A DNA stretch of 64,000 bases from Candidatus Heimdallarchaeota archaeon (GCA_019058275.1 JAHLVW010000015.1:93943-157942); one strand, 5' to 3'; counted from the first letter of the stretch, positions 48,960 to 58,498 are shown. Made by a program: numbers and translations. The notes: a model not told the origin generated them from the sequence alone.

Positions 48960-49406
48960 TTAATGTTTTACCTCCTGGATTAATCCATGTGGTTTAAGTG
49001 GATTTGGGGGGAGATGTTTTAATTTCTCAATAAAATCACTTATTACTGTAACATATTTCTTTGCTTCAGCAGAAGATATCCATTCAAGATGAATTCGTTC
49101 ATCTTCAATACCAAGCTGTCTTGCGAGTTCTTTCACTAATAGCATTCTTTTAAGCGTTTTGTAATTCCCGACTACATAATGGCAATCACCTGGATGACAA
49201 CCAGCTACTATGACTCCATCTGCTCCTTCAGTCAGTGAATCAAAAACATAGTTTGGATCAACACGTCCTGAGCATGGTGTTTCAATAGTAATAACATTGT
49301 CTGGGTACTTCATTCGTGTAACACCAGCAAGGTCTGCAGCATTACTACTACACCATTTACATAGAAATGCTATGACTTTGGGTTCAGGATTTAGTATTTT
49401 AGACAT
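48960..49406 (-). CDS. mvhD: Methyl-viologen-reducing hydrogenase delta subunit
   Basis: FLCKWC..ADLAG, PCSGRVDP, GADGV..GCHPGDCHY. Confidence 0.95.
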   Translation of the reverse strand: MSKILNPEPKVIAFLCKWCSSNAADLAGVTRMKYPDNVITIETPCSGRVDPNYVFDSLTEGADGVIVAGCHPGDCHYVVGNYKTLKRMLLVKELARQLGIEDERIHLEWISSAEAKKYVTVISDFIEKLKHLPPNPLKPHGLIQEVKH

Positions 49407-49424
49407 CTAACTCACACACTTTTT

Positions 49425-51419
49425 TCATTTTGCTTCCTCTTTTAAAGCAACATGGATCATTCTTTCCATCTGCTTATGAGTTAGGTTCTTTAATGACAAT
49501 GCTTGACTTGCGCATGCACTGACACAAGTTCCACAACCCTCACATAATATTTCGTTAATGACTGAAGTTTTGTTAGTGTCATCAAATGTTATAGCTCCAT
49601 ATGGACAGAGACTTTGGCAAACCTTACAGCCACAGCACATATCGGCGTCTACAGTTGAAACTAATGGTTCATGGAATAATTTTGGTTGGGAGAGGAAAGT
49701 GATTGCTTTGACAGCTGCTGCACTGCCTTGTGCGACAGATTCAGGAATATCTTTTGGTGATAAAGCTGTACCAGCAACGAGCAAACCAGAAATTAAACTT
49801 TCAACAGGTTTAAGCTTCATATGAGCTTCTTTAAAGAAGCCATATTCATCTAAGCTGCATTTAGTTATTAACGAAATAGACTTTGTATCAAATGATGGAA
49901 TCATTGCAGGAGCTAAAACAACCATATCAGCTTCTACCTCGAGTCTTTCACCAGTCAATGTATTAGCTGCCCATACAATTGTTTTATCATCCTCTCTGAA
50001 GATCTTGGATGGTTTACCCCTGATATATATAACACCTTTTTCTTGAGCTCGTTGTATGAATTCCTCATAACCTCGACCTGCTGCTCTGATGTCAATATAG
50101 AAAACATATACCTCAGTATCAGGAGCCAGATCTTTAAGAAGTAAGGCATGTTTCCCCGTATAAGTACAACATATTTTACTGCAATAAGCCATATGATGTT
50201 CTGGATCACGACTTCCGACACATTGTACGAAAACTACAGTTTCTGGTTTCTTATGATCAGAAGGTCTTAAAACAATACCACTGGTTGGTCCTGAGCTGCT
50301 TAACAATCGTTCGAATTGTATGCCGTCTATAACATCAACATCAGTTCCAAATTCATATTCTTGGATTTTAGAAATATCATAGAGATCGAAACCAGTTGCA
50401 ATTATTATGGAACCGAATTCCATGTTCTTAATTTTTGTTACCATGTCATAATCAATAGCTTCAGGTCCACAAGCGTCCTTGCATTTTGAACAAATTAATG
50501 GATGTATACCTAAACAATTTTCCGTATCTAAAGTATACACACTAGGTACTGCTTGCGGAAATGGTATATATATTGCTTTTCTTGGCCCTAAAGCGCCTTC
50601 AAATTCAGCTGGCACAACTACTGGACATACTTTTACACAATCATCACACAATGTACATTTATCGGGATCAACATATCGGGGATACTCTATAATTTCGACT
50701 TTAAAATTTCCAACAAAACCAGAAACACTTGTCACTTCTGCATTTGTTATTAAATTAATATTCTCGTGGTGTGCAATTGCAGACATTTTTGGTGATAGAA
50801 TACATTGCGAACAATCAAGCGTTGGAAAAGTTGAGGACAATTGTGCCATATGTCCTCCAATAGTTGGGGATTTCTCGACAAGAGTTACTTTAAAACCAGC
50901 ATTAGCTACATCTAAAGCTGCCTGTATTCCAGTTATACCTGCACCAATTATTAAACATGTTCTATTTACCTCTACAGAGGATGGAGTTAGAGGTTCATTA
51001 AGTAATGCTTTTTCAACTTTTGTTTCTATAATTTTAATTGCCTTTTCAGTTGCTTTTTCTCTATTAGTATGAACCCAGCTGCATTTCTCTCTGATATTTG
51101 CTATTTCAACTTCATATTTATTCATACCAACACTTTCTGCAGCACTTCTGAAAGTTTCTTCATGTAATGTTGGAGAACAACATGCACAGACTATTGCATT
51201 TAATTTGCTTGTTTTTATGGCATCTTGCAGTTCCTTTTGTCCGGGTTCTGAACAAAGGTAATGACTATGTGTTGTAAAAGTAACACCTTCAAGATCTTTT
51301 GAAACATCTGCTGCTTTCTTTACATCAACCATTTCAGCAATATTTTTACCACAATGACAAACAAAAACACCTATTCGTTTATTGGTTGCTTTACTACTTT
51401 TCTTTCCATCAGCAGTCAC
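49425..51419 (-). CDS. hdrA: Heterodisulfide reductase subunit A (flavin-bifurcating)
   Basis: VFVCHCG, CSP..HE, NIREKCSWVH, TFPTLDCSQCIL, QCVGSRD, CSKICC, PKDIPESV, C-terminal ferredoxin. Confidence 0.96.
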   Translation of the reverse strand: MTADGKKSSKATNKRIGVFVCHCGKNIAEMVDVKKAADVSKDLEGVTFTTHSHYLCSEPGQKELQDAIKTSKLNAIVCACCSPTLHEETFRSAAESVGMNKYEVEIANIREKCSWVHTNREKATEKAIKIIETKVEKALLNEPLTPSSVEVNRTCLIIGAGITGIQAALDVANAGFKVTLVEKSPTIGGHMAQLSSTFPTLDCSQCILSPKMSAIAHHENINLITNAEVTSVSGFVGNFKVEIIEYPRYVDPDKCTLCDDCVKVCPVVVPAEFEGALGPRKAIYIPFPQAVPSVYTLDTENCLGIHPLICSKCKDACGPEAIDYDMVTKIKNMEFGSIIIATGFDLYDISKIQEYEFGTDVDVIDGIQFERLLSSSGPTSGIVLRPSDHKKPETVVFVQCVGSRDPEHHMAYCSKICCTYTGKHALLLKDLAPDTEVYVFYIDIRAAGRGYEEFIQRAQEKGVIYIRGKPSKIFREDDKTIVWAANTLTGERLEVEADMVVLAPAMIPSFDTKSISLITKCSLDEYGFFKEAHMKLKPVESLISGLLVAGTALSPKDIPESVAQGSAAAVKAITFLSQPKLFHEPLVSTVDADMCCGCKVCQSLCPYGAITFDDTNKTSVINEILCEGCGTCVSACASQALSLKNLTHKQMERMIHVALKEEAK

Positions 51420-51986
51420 TTATTTCTTAGCCTCCTGCTGTTTTACTTTTTTAGCATATTCTATCCCCATTTGGAATGCTTTTTGATTTAAATCTTTGAA
51501 TCTTGCTGGTACCATTCGAAGAACGGATTTGAGAATTGCATCTTTACTAACTAGATTATTTAGCTCAGCAAAAAAACCGAGCATTACAATATTCGCTACA
51601 ATTCTCTTTCCTAATTTCTTCTCAGCAATTTCTGTTGCTGGGATTTTGTAAATTTTACTAGCTTTATTCATTCTTTCATCTACAGGTACTAGATTTTCTT
51701 CGTAAAGAAACAATCCACCTTCTTTTAATGAATCAATATACTTTGTGTAGGCTTCTTTACTCATACAAATGAAAATTTCAGGTTCTGTGACATAAGGAAA
51801 ATCTACTATTTCATCTGATATCACAACATTACTTGCACTTGCTCCTCCTCTGCTTTCAGGTCCATAGGATTGAGTTGTTACACTATTTTTCTTTTCAATA
51901 AAGGTAACTGCTGAACCCAGAATCTTTCCAGCTAAGGCAATACCTTGTCCGCCAAATCCACATATTCTGATTTCGTGTCGAGTCAT
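51420..51986 (-). CDS. korC: 2-oxoacid:ferredoxin oxidoreductase gamma subunit
   Basis: GFGGQG, QSYGPESRGG, ANIVMLG. Confidence 0.9.
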   Translation of the reverse strand: MTRHEIRICGFGGQGIALAGKILGSAVTFIEKKNSVTTQSYGPESRGGASASNVVISDEIVDFPYVTEPEIFICMSKEAYTKYIDSLKEGGLFLYEENLVPVDERMNKASKIYKIPATEIAEKKLGKRIVANIVMLGFFAELNNLVSKDAILKSVLRMVPARFKDLNQKAFQMGIEYAKKVKQQEAKK

Positions 51987-51991
51987 CTATT

Positions 51992-52861
51992 TCACCGTTT
52001 TTTCTGTGCTTTCTTAGCAATTAATGCTAAACGATCAGCAAGAGTTAACAGACCTTTCTTATCAACAAACTCTCCAACAATTAAGTCGTCTCCAAAAACA
52101 ATATTAGTTTCTTTTGGATCTATTCCATGTTTTATTACTGCGTGTTTTTTGAAGAAATTAAGCATTTTTAAGCCAGTATCGAATTTATTCCTTCGTCCAA
52201 ATGTTGTAGGACATGGATTGATAACTTCAATAAAATTAAATCCTTTTTTAAGAATTGCTGTTTCCATTGAGCTCATTAATCGTCGTGCGTTCAGTGAAGT
52301 CCAACGAGCAACATAAGATGCACCTGCAGCAGCAACTAATGCACTCAGATTAAATGATGGTTCTACATTACCGTGAGGTGAGGTAGTAGTCCAAGCTTCT
52401 TCTGGAGTAGTAGGAGCTAATTGACCACCAGTCATACCATAGTTGAAATTGTTTGAACAAATAACTGTGATATCTACATTCCTTCTTGCTGCATGAATTA
52501 TGTGATTTCCTCCAATAGCGAATAAATCACCATCTCCTGAAAAGACTACTATATTTAATTCAGGCTTAGCTAATTTTAAGCCAATAGCAAATGGAATTGC
52601 TCTACCATGAGTTGTGTGAAAAACATCTAGGTTCAAATAACCTGAAACTCTTCCAGTGCAACCTATTCCAGAAACAACTACGAGTTTGTTTAGATCTATA
52701 CCAGAATTTGTAATTGCTTGGACAAAGCATGATAATACACTACCAAGTCCACATCCGCTGCACCAAACATGGGGTAACCTATCCCATCGTAGCAAATGAT
52801 CCATAGGATGTTTTTTTGCTTCTAAAATAGTGTCTCTTACTTCTTTTTCTGTAGCAGTCAT
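51992..52861 (-). CDS. korB: 2-oxoacid:ferredoxin oxidoreductase beta subunit
   Basis: WCSGCG, SGIGC, HTTHGRA, GDGD..GGNH, NNFNYGMTGGQ. Confidence 0.92.
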   Translation of the reverse strand: MTATEKEVRDTILEAKKHPMDHLLRWDRLPHVWCSGCGLGSVLSCFVQAITNSGIDLNKLVVVSGIGCTGRVSGYLNLDVFHTTHGRAIPFAIGLKLAKPELNIVVFSGDGDLFAIGGNHIIHAARRNVDITVICSNNFNYGMTGGQLAPTTPEEAWTTTSPHGNVEPSFNLSALVAAAGASYVARWTSLNARRLMSSMETAILKKGFNFIEVINPCPTTFGRRNKFDTGLKMLNFFKKHAVIKHGIDPKETNIVFGDDLIVGEFVDKKGLLTLADRLALIAKKAQKKR

Positions 52862-54024
52862 TTCTTTGTGACATCCTCTATTTTTTCAAGAATTTCTTTT
52901 GGTGTATGAACTATACCACCAAGTTTCGGTGAAAGAATAATAGGTATTTTCTTGTTAGTTGCTTCTTTTACTTCTTTGATGATTTGACCATTATTTATCT
53001 CAGCAACTACAATAGCGTTTACCTTCTCTGCAAGTTTTTCAATTAATTTTGTTGGAAAAGGCCATATAGTAATTAATCGCAAAAGTCCAGCTTTTATACC
53101 TTTCTTACGTGCAAGATTCACAGCACCTTTCGCAGAGCGAGAGGTAATACCATAAGCAATAACCAAGATTTTTGCATCATCTACTTTATAGCTTTCAGTG
53201 TTTCTAATCTTCTCTTCATTCAACAAAATTTTATCGCATAAACGTTTCACAAGTTTTTCTTGTGTTTCAGCATTAATAACAGGATAACCCTTTTCATTAT
53301 GAGTTAAACCAGTTACAAATACTTTGTATCCTTCACCAGCTACTGCCATAGGAGGAATTAAATCGTCATCAGGTTTAAAAGTAAGATAAGTTTTAGGAGT
53401 AACTTTAGGTTTCTTTCGGTTCTTAATTTTGATCTTACTTTTAGGTGGTATTATTAGTTTCTCGAACATGTGACAAATCGATTCGTCTGTAAGCATTATT
53501 ACAGGACAACGATATTCTTCTGCTAAATTGAATGCCTCAATGGATAGATCGAATGCTTCCTGTACTGAATTAGGAGCAATTGCAATCAATTCATAATCAC
53601 CATGGGAACCCCATCGTGCTTGCATAACGTCTCCTTGACCAACCAAGGTTGGAAGACCAGTAGAAGGTCCACCTCTTTGGACATTTATTATAACACAAGG
53701 AGTTTCAGTCATGGCACCTAGACCAATATTCTCCATCATTAATGATATACCAGGTCCTGATGTTGCAGTCATAGATTTCTTTCCAGCCCAGGATGCACCG
53801 AGAATTACTGCCATTGAAGCAATTTCATCTTCCATTTGAATGAAAGTTCCGCCTAATAATGGAAGACGAAGTGAAATGCGTTCAGCAATCTCACTAGAGG
53901 GTGTGATAGGATATCCTCCAAAAAATTGACACCCAGCTGCTAAGCAACCCTCAGCAATGGCTTCATTACCGCTTATATAGTGCTCACCGGTTAAAACTTC
54001 CTTTTGTGATGCTTTCTTACTCAT
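52858..54024 (-). CDS. korA: 2-oxoacid:ferredoxin oxidoreductase alpha subunit
   Basis: GYPITPSSE, QMEDEIAS, TATSGPG, QRGGPSTGLPT. Confidence 0.92.
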   Translation of the reverse strand: MSKKASQKEVLTGEHYISGNEAIAEGCLAAGCQFFGGYPITPSSEIAERISLRLPLLGGTFIQMEDEIASMAVILGASWAGKKSMTATSGPGISLMMENIGLGAMTETPCVIINVQRGGPSTGLPTLVGQGDVMQARWGSHGDYELIAIAPNSVQEAFDLSIEAFNLAEEYRCPVIMLTDESICHMFEKLIIPPKSKIKIKNRKKPKVTPKTYLTFKPDDDLIPPMAVAGEGYKVFVTGLTHNEKGYPVINAETQEKLVKRLCDKILLNEEKIRNTESYKVDDAKILVIAYGITSRSAKGAVNLARKKGIKAGLLRLITIWPFPTKLIEKLAEKVNAIVVAEINNGQIIKEVKEATNKKIPIILSPKLGGIVHTPKEILEKIEDVTKK

Positions 54025-54073
54025 TCATTCTCGCCTTGCTTTAAGTTTTAGTTTAACCTTAGATTCGATGTTT

Positions 54074-54382
54074 TTAATCGATTTTTACATTTGAGCTTTT
54101 TTTATCCTTCTCTAGAAATATAGAGAATTCTGGGCAAATCAACTCACAAAAACCACATTTTGCACAATCATCCATTGTTTCACCCTCTTTCAATATTGGA
54201 GGATGGTAACCTTTAGCATTGATTTCAGGTGAACTTTCTAAAATTTCAGTTGGACAAAACGTTATGCAAAATAGACAACCTTTACAACGATCAGTTATAA
54301 TTTTTAGCTGCCATTTCTCCTGTTCTTTATATTCAGGGGGTATAAATGATATTGCTTTCTTCAGTGTCATATGCAAACGCAA
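54074..54382 (-). CDS. korD: 2x[4Fe-4S] ferredoxin, delta subunit (start may be ATG 54370)
   Basis: CKGCLFCITFCP..NAKGYHP..CAKCGFCELICPEFSI. Confidence 0.88.
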   Translation of the reverse strand: MRLHMTLKKAISFIPPEYKEQEKWQLKIITDRCKGCLFCITFCPTEILESSPEINAKGYHPPILKEGETMDDCAKCGFCELICPEFSIFLEKDKKSSNVKID

Positions 54383-54610
54383 CGATTAGGATTTGTGACC
54401 AACGTAAAAGATTTAATCACTTAAAAAATTATTCTATATAATTGTAATCAATAACCGATTATTGCTATTTTTTTATTATTCAAATTGGAAAATTATCAAC
54501 TAAATTAACAATTAGCTAGTTAATTTCTTGTTTTTTGAGGTCAATCTAAGCTCAGAAGCAGTTTTTTCGTAATTTTTCTCCCTAAATCAAGACTAAAGTA
54601 AAATATAACT

Positions 54611-54723
54611 TATGTAAACTATGTAAAATATGTAAATTATGTATAATATAAAACTAATTTTATGTAATTTATGTAAAGAATGTAATGAATGTAAAGTATG
54701 TAAGGTATGTATTTGATGTATTT
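54611..54723. repeat. Degenerate 9-bp tandem array, 11 units (4+7) with invariant ATGTA core
   Basis: tATGTAaac tATGTAaaa tATGTAaat tATGTAtaa / 14-nt gap / tATGTAatt tATGTAaag aATGTAatg aATGTAaag tATGTAagg tATGTAttt gATGTAttt. Confidence 0.9.
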
Positions 54724-54728
54724 TCTGC

Positions 54729-55652
54729 TCATGCTATGTCTAAAGGGTATAAATCACTAATAATTTTATGGAGTTTTACTGCCTGATCATTATACGGATG
54801 TATTACTTTGTGAATATTCTTAGCGATTTCAATAGCTCTTGGTATAGAGTCGTTTGAACCAACAATTAATGCTACAATTTTTGTATGCAATTTAACAATA
54901 ATTACCTTATAATTGGCTATTTTGATTACCTCTTCTCCTATGTCATGATAACGCATTGTTCTTGAAAAAATTACTATTTTACGTTTTACTTCCCGCATTA
55001 TGGTTAAAAGAGAGATATTTGGAGTATCATCTAAAATCGCTCCCATTTGTGTGTTGCTTTCTTCAAAAAAAGCCATGCAGGCAGCAATTTTAATATAATT
55101 AATAATACGTTCTCTCTGCTTAAACAACACTTTGTTTAACCACTCTTCTATAGCATATAATCCTTCACCAGTTTTTGAAGAGTATTTAAAGAGGTCACAT
55201 TTGCATTTTGTACTATCCAGTTCCATCAATCTTAAGGAATTTATTAGTTCCCCAACTGAAGCAGAGCTTGGCAAGTCAGATTTAGATCCCAATATCAATA
55301 ATCTAATTGGGAAATTCTCATAGACAAGTTCTAAAAGCAATTTTCTATTTAAGTCAAAACTTTCTCTATCTATGGTATCCACAACAAAGAAAAGTGCATC
55401 AGCACCCAAAATGGAACGTTTCCATAATGCTTTGTTAGCAGGAATACTGTTCTTTAAATCCCAAGTTAAAAGAGTTAAATTACCAAACATTTGAAATTCA
55501 AATTCAGAAGTATTCCCAACTGAAGCTAGTATGTGTTCATCTGATTGTAAAATTCGTTTAACTAACTCACTCTTTCCAGAATTGGTTAATCCTATAATTG
55601 CAATTGAGACCTTTCTATTTTGTTTATTTATGAGGGTTTTAATTGCAGACAT
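54729..55652 (-). CDS. Arf-like small GTPase (degenerate G3) fused to a roadblock/longin-like domain
   Basis: GLTNSGKS, LLTWDLKN, FFVVD, SKSDL, YSSKTGEGL..WL; about 130-aa alpha/beta C-terminal domain. Confidence 0.78.
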   Translation of the reverse strand: MSAIKTLINKQNRKVSIAIIGLTNSGKSELVKRILQSDEHILASVGNTSEFEFQMFGNLTLLTWDLKNSIPANKALWKRSILGADALFFVVDTIDRESFDLNRKLLLELVYENFPIRLLILGSKSDLPSSASVGELINSLRLMELDSTKCKCDLFKYSSKTGEGLYAIEEWLNKVLFKQRERIINYIKIAACMAFFEESNTQMGAILDDTPNISLLTIMREVKRKIVIFSRTMRYHDIGEEVIKIANYKVIIVKLHTKIVALIVGSNDSIPRAIEIAKNIHKVIHPYNDQAVKLHKIISDLYPLDIA

Positions 55653-55769
55653 AATATCAATTCCGGATTTCTACTCAGCATACTTCTTTATGTTAATTAT
55701 AGAACTAAATGTTTTAAATTATACTTTTATGAACTAATTTAGCAAAATTTAATGAAAAGTTAAAATTAA

Positions 55770-55790
55770 GGGGGAAGGAATTTTTCCCTC
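55770..55790 (-). terminator. Hairpin + U-rich tract after the polyproline protein gene
   Basis: Minus strand GAGGGAAAAATTCCTTCCCCC then TTAATTTTAACTTTT. Confidence 0.35.
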
Positions 55791-55815
55791 TATCAATCAA
55801 TACAAAATTATTGGG

Positions 55816-56826
55816 TTAATCCCGGGTTTCTTCGCTCATGAACTTCTTCAAACGAGCTAATTCTCTTAACATTTCCATCCTTAAACCGCTAATACTTTGT
55901 CCTTCAGCAGCAGGTGCTGTAGGAGCTGCTGATGAGCTTGTTGGAACAGGTGGGGGAGCCATTTGAGAAGTTGTTGGTGGTGCTACTGGCGATTGTGTTG
56001 GAACTTTTGGTGGCATTGGTGGAGAAGATATTGTTGGAGGTGCTACACTAGGTGGAACTACTGTAGTTGGTCTTGCATAAGAAGGACCGACTGCTGGAAT
56101 CTTTGGTGGTGTTGGAATTGGTGATGCTGGCTTTGATGGTGGAATTCCAGCACTTGGAGGACCTGATGAGGGCAACGAGGGAACTTTTGGAGGTCCAGAT
56201 ATTGGGGTACTTGGTAGTCCACTACCTGGAACAGGTGGGGCACTTGGTGGAATACCGGGAGTTCCAGAAGTTGGAGAGGGTTTAGAACTTGGCATAACTT
56301 CTCCTCTAATTCTATCTCTACTTTGTTCTAGACTCTCAGCAAGGGATTGATATTCTTGCGCTCCTGATCTGCGTTTTAAATCAGTATCAATTTTAGCTAT
56401 TCTTGCTTTGTATCTATTTGTAAGAGAATCGCTTACTCGTGAACTTATTCGCTTGCTTTTTCTTGCATCTTTTACAGCTGAGAGAGCTGTACTTGCAGCA
56501 ACACGCTCAATTGATAAAATAGACATAACTTCTTTGGGGTCAGCGGATGCTGTTGTATCATCTGATATTGGTTCAGAGGATGCCAAAGCAGCTAGTGCTG
56601 AAACATCTACACTTTTCTTCTTCTTATAGTAATATCTTATAATAAGGATAACAGTGATTAGGACTAACAACCAACCAATAGAAGCGAATATTAGAGTATT
56701 GGTAGCTCCACTCAGTCCTGGAATAATATCCATGTAATCACTAAACCTAAAATTTATCTTCAAACTCATTACTTTTGCCCCTTCTACATTGATTTTCTGC
56801 TTTTTTTTGAATGTTAAATTCTCCAA
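55816..56826 (-). CDS. Single-pass membrane protein with helical domain, long Pro-rich region and C-terminal amphipathic helix
   Basis: TM WLLVLITVILII + KKKK, about 140-aa P/S-rich tract, terminal SISGLRMEMLRELARLKKF. Confidence 0.75.
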   Translation of the reverse strand: MENLTFKKKQKINVEGAKVMSLKINFRFSDYMDIIPGLSGATNTLIFASIGWLLVLITVILIIRYYYKKKKSVDVSALAALASSEPISDDTTASADPKEVMSILSIERVAASTALSAVKDARKSKRISSRVSDSLTNRYKARIAKIDTDLKRRSGAQEYQSLAESLEQSRDRIRGEVMPSSKPSPTSGTPGIPPSAPPVPGSGLPSTPISGPPKVPSLPSSGPPSAGIPPSKPASPIPTPPKIPAVGPSYARPTTVVPPSVAPPTISSPPMPPKVPTQSPVAPPTTSQMAPPPVPTSSSAAPTAPAAEGQSISGLRMEMLRELARLKKFMSEETRD

Positions 56827-57064
56827 TTTTTCAATCGATAATGCTATCTGAAAGCGATTTCTTTATCAAAGATGTATCTTTTACTTTCTTATAAGACCTT
56901 TGTTATATGCCTAACTGAGGTCTATTTCCTATCGAAAATATTTACTATATCATTATTATTTATTGTGTTTTTGACATTTAAAATAATTCGTATAGTAATA
57001 TATGAGAAAAGTACTTTTTTAATATTAGTGTTTTGTCATAGAAGAGCTTATGCTAGTGTTTTTT

Positions 57065-57412
57065 CTATTGTTTAGTCCTCTTTTTGTTAGTTGCAGGAAA
57101 ACGTTGAGTATTCTTATCGATTTTCTTAATAATACACTCAAATAAATCGATATTTAAGCTCTTAGCTAAGCTAATAGAGTAAATTATGATGTCTGCAAGT
57201 TCATCTTTGGTCTTTTCAAAAAGATTTAGATTTGATATTACTTCTTCTACAGGAGGATCTTCCCATTGGAACAGTTCCATTAATTCAGAAGATTCAATAG
57301 CAATTGACATTGCAAGATTTTTTGGCGTATGATATTTTTTCCAATTTCTTTCTTCAAGAAACAAATCTATTCGGTTTTTAATAAATTCAAATTGATCCAA
57401 ATCATCCGACAT
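57065..57412 (-). CDS. MazG-like nucleotide pyrophosphohydrolase (dCTPP1-like)
   Basis: ERNWKKYHTPKNLAMSIAIESSELMELFQW..DELADI. Confidence 0.92.
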   Translation of the reverse strand: MSDDLDQFEFIKNRIDLFLEERNWKKYHTPKNLAMSIAIESSELMELFQWEDPPVEEVISNLNLFEKTKDELADIIIYSISLAKSLNIDLFECIIKKIDKNTQRFPATNKKRTKQ

Positions 57413-57532
57413 TTTTACACCACTAAATCATATTTAGAAATTAGTTATTATTTAAAGGTTAAGAAACTAGATAAATAATAAAGAATTAAAAGTTATCCAA
57501 AAGAAATAGTATCGTATATTGGCTGTGTAGAA

Positions 57533-58498
57533 ATGGATAATAGAGAAGTAAGGGACTTAGCTGAAAAGTATGGCTATCTACATGAAACAATTGAAAGATA
57601 CATTCGGATTTTTGGTATGAAGGAAACCGCTGCTTTACTTAAGGGGTATGAAAAAAAGCCAAAACAATCCATACGAGTTAATGAATTAAAAATTTCAAAA
57701 GATGAATTAGTAGAAAGAATGCTAAATAAGGGATTTAGCTTTGAGAATGTTGAGTGGTATAATAATGGTCTGATAATTGAGAAGTCACCTTTTTCGCTAG
57801 GATCCACAACAGAGTATCTGTCAGGATACTATTTCATACAATCAATAGCTTCTTGGATTCCTACATTAGTTTTAGATCCGAAACCAGGAGAAACAGTGGT
57901 GGATTTAGCTGCTGCTCCAGGTGGGAAAGCTACACACATTGCCCAGCTCATGAAAAATAGAGGACTACTGTATTGTCTGGATATATCCAGAGAGAGAATT
58001 AAATCTCTAAGATCGAATCTGGCAAGGTGTGGAGTTTTAAATTCTGTTTGTATAAGAATGGATGCAAGAAAATTCTCTAATTATAATCTTAAAGTTGATA
58101 AAATATTACTGGATGCACCATGTTCGGGAGAGGGTTTAATGGCTATAGATGCATCAAGACGAAAATCACGAAATTTTGAAGATATAAAACGAATGAGTGA
58201 GTTACAAAAAGAACTTCTTTCTACGAGTATAAAATCTTTGAAAAGGGATGGTATTCTAATTTATTCCACATGCTCTACATCTCCCGAAGAAAATGAAGAA
58301 GTAATTGATTGGGGATTAACTAATTTTCCAATAAAAGTAGAAAATATTACACTCAATGATTTTAGTCCCGGATTAATAGCAGCATTTGATAAACAATATA
58401 ACCCGGATTTAAAAAAAGCGAAAAGATTGTATCCGCACAGAGATAACACTGAGGGATTCTTTGTTTGCAAGATAAAACTTCTAAAGGAGGTTTCTTAA
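57533..58498 (+). CDS. NOL1/NOP2/Sun family RNA m5C methyltransferase
   Basis: DLAAAPGGKATH, LLDAPCSGEG, YSTCS..PEENE, EGFF. Confidence 0.95.
   Translation: MDNREVRDLAEKYGYLHETIERYIRIFGMKETAALLKGYEKKPKQSIRVNELKISKDELVERMLNKGFSFENVEWYNNGLIIEKSPFSLGSTTEYLSGYYFIQSIASWIPTLVLDPKPGETVVDLAAAPGGKATHIAQLMKNRGLLYCLDISRERIKSLRSNLARCGVLNSVCIRMDARKFSNYNLKVDKILLDAPCSGEGLMAIDASRRKSRNFEDIKRMSELQKELLSTSIKSLKRDGILIYSTCSTSPEENEEVIDWGLTNFPIKVENITLNDFSPGLIAAFDKQYNPDLKKAKRLYPHRDNTEGFFVCKIKLLKEVS

Noticed and set aside
54611-54723. CRISPR array or a (Tyr-Ile-X)n coding repeat
   Set aside because: Units are only 9 bp with no spacers of CRISPR size, the two blocks are in different frames, and there is no start codon
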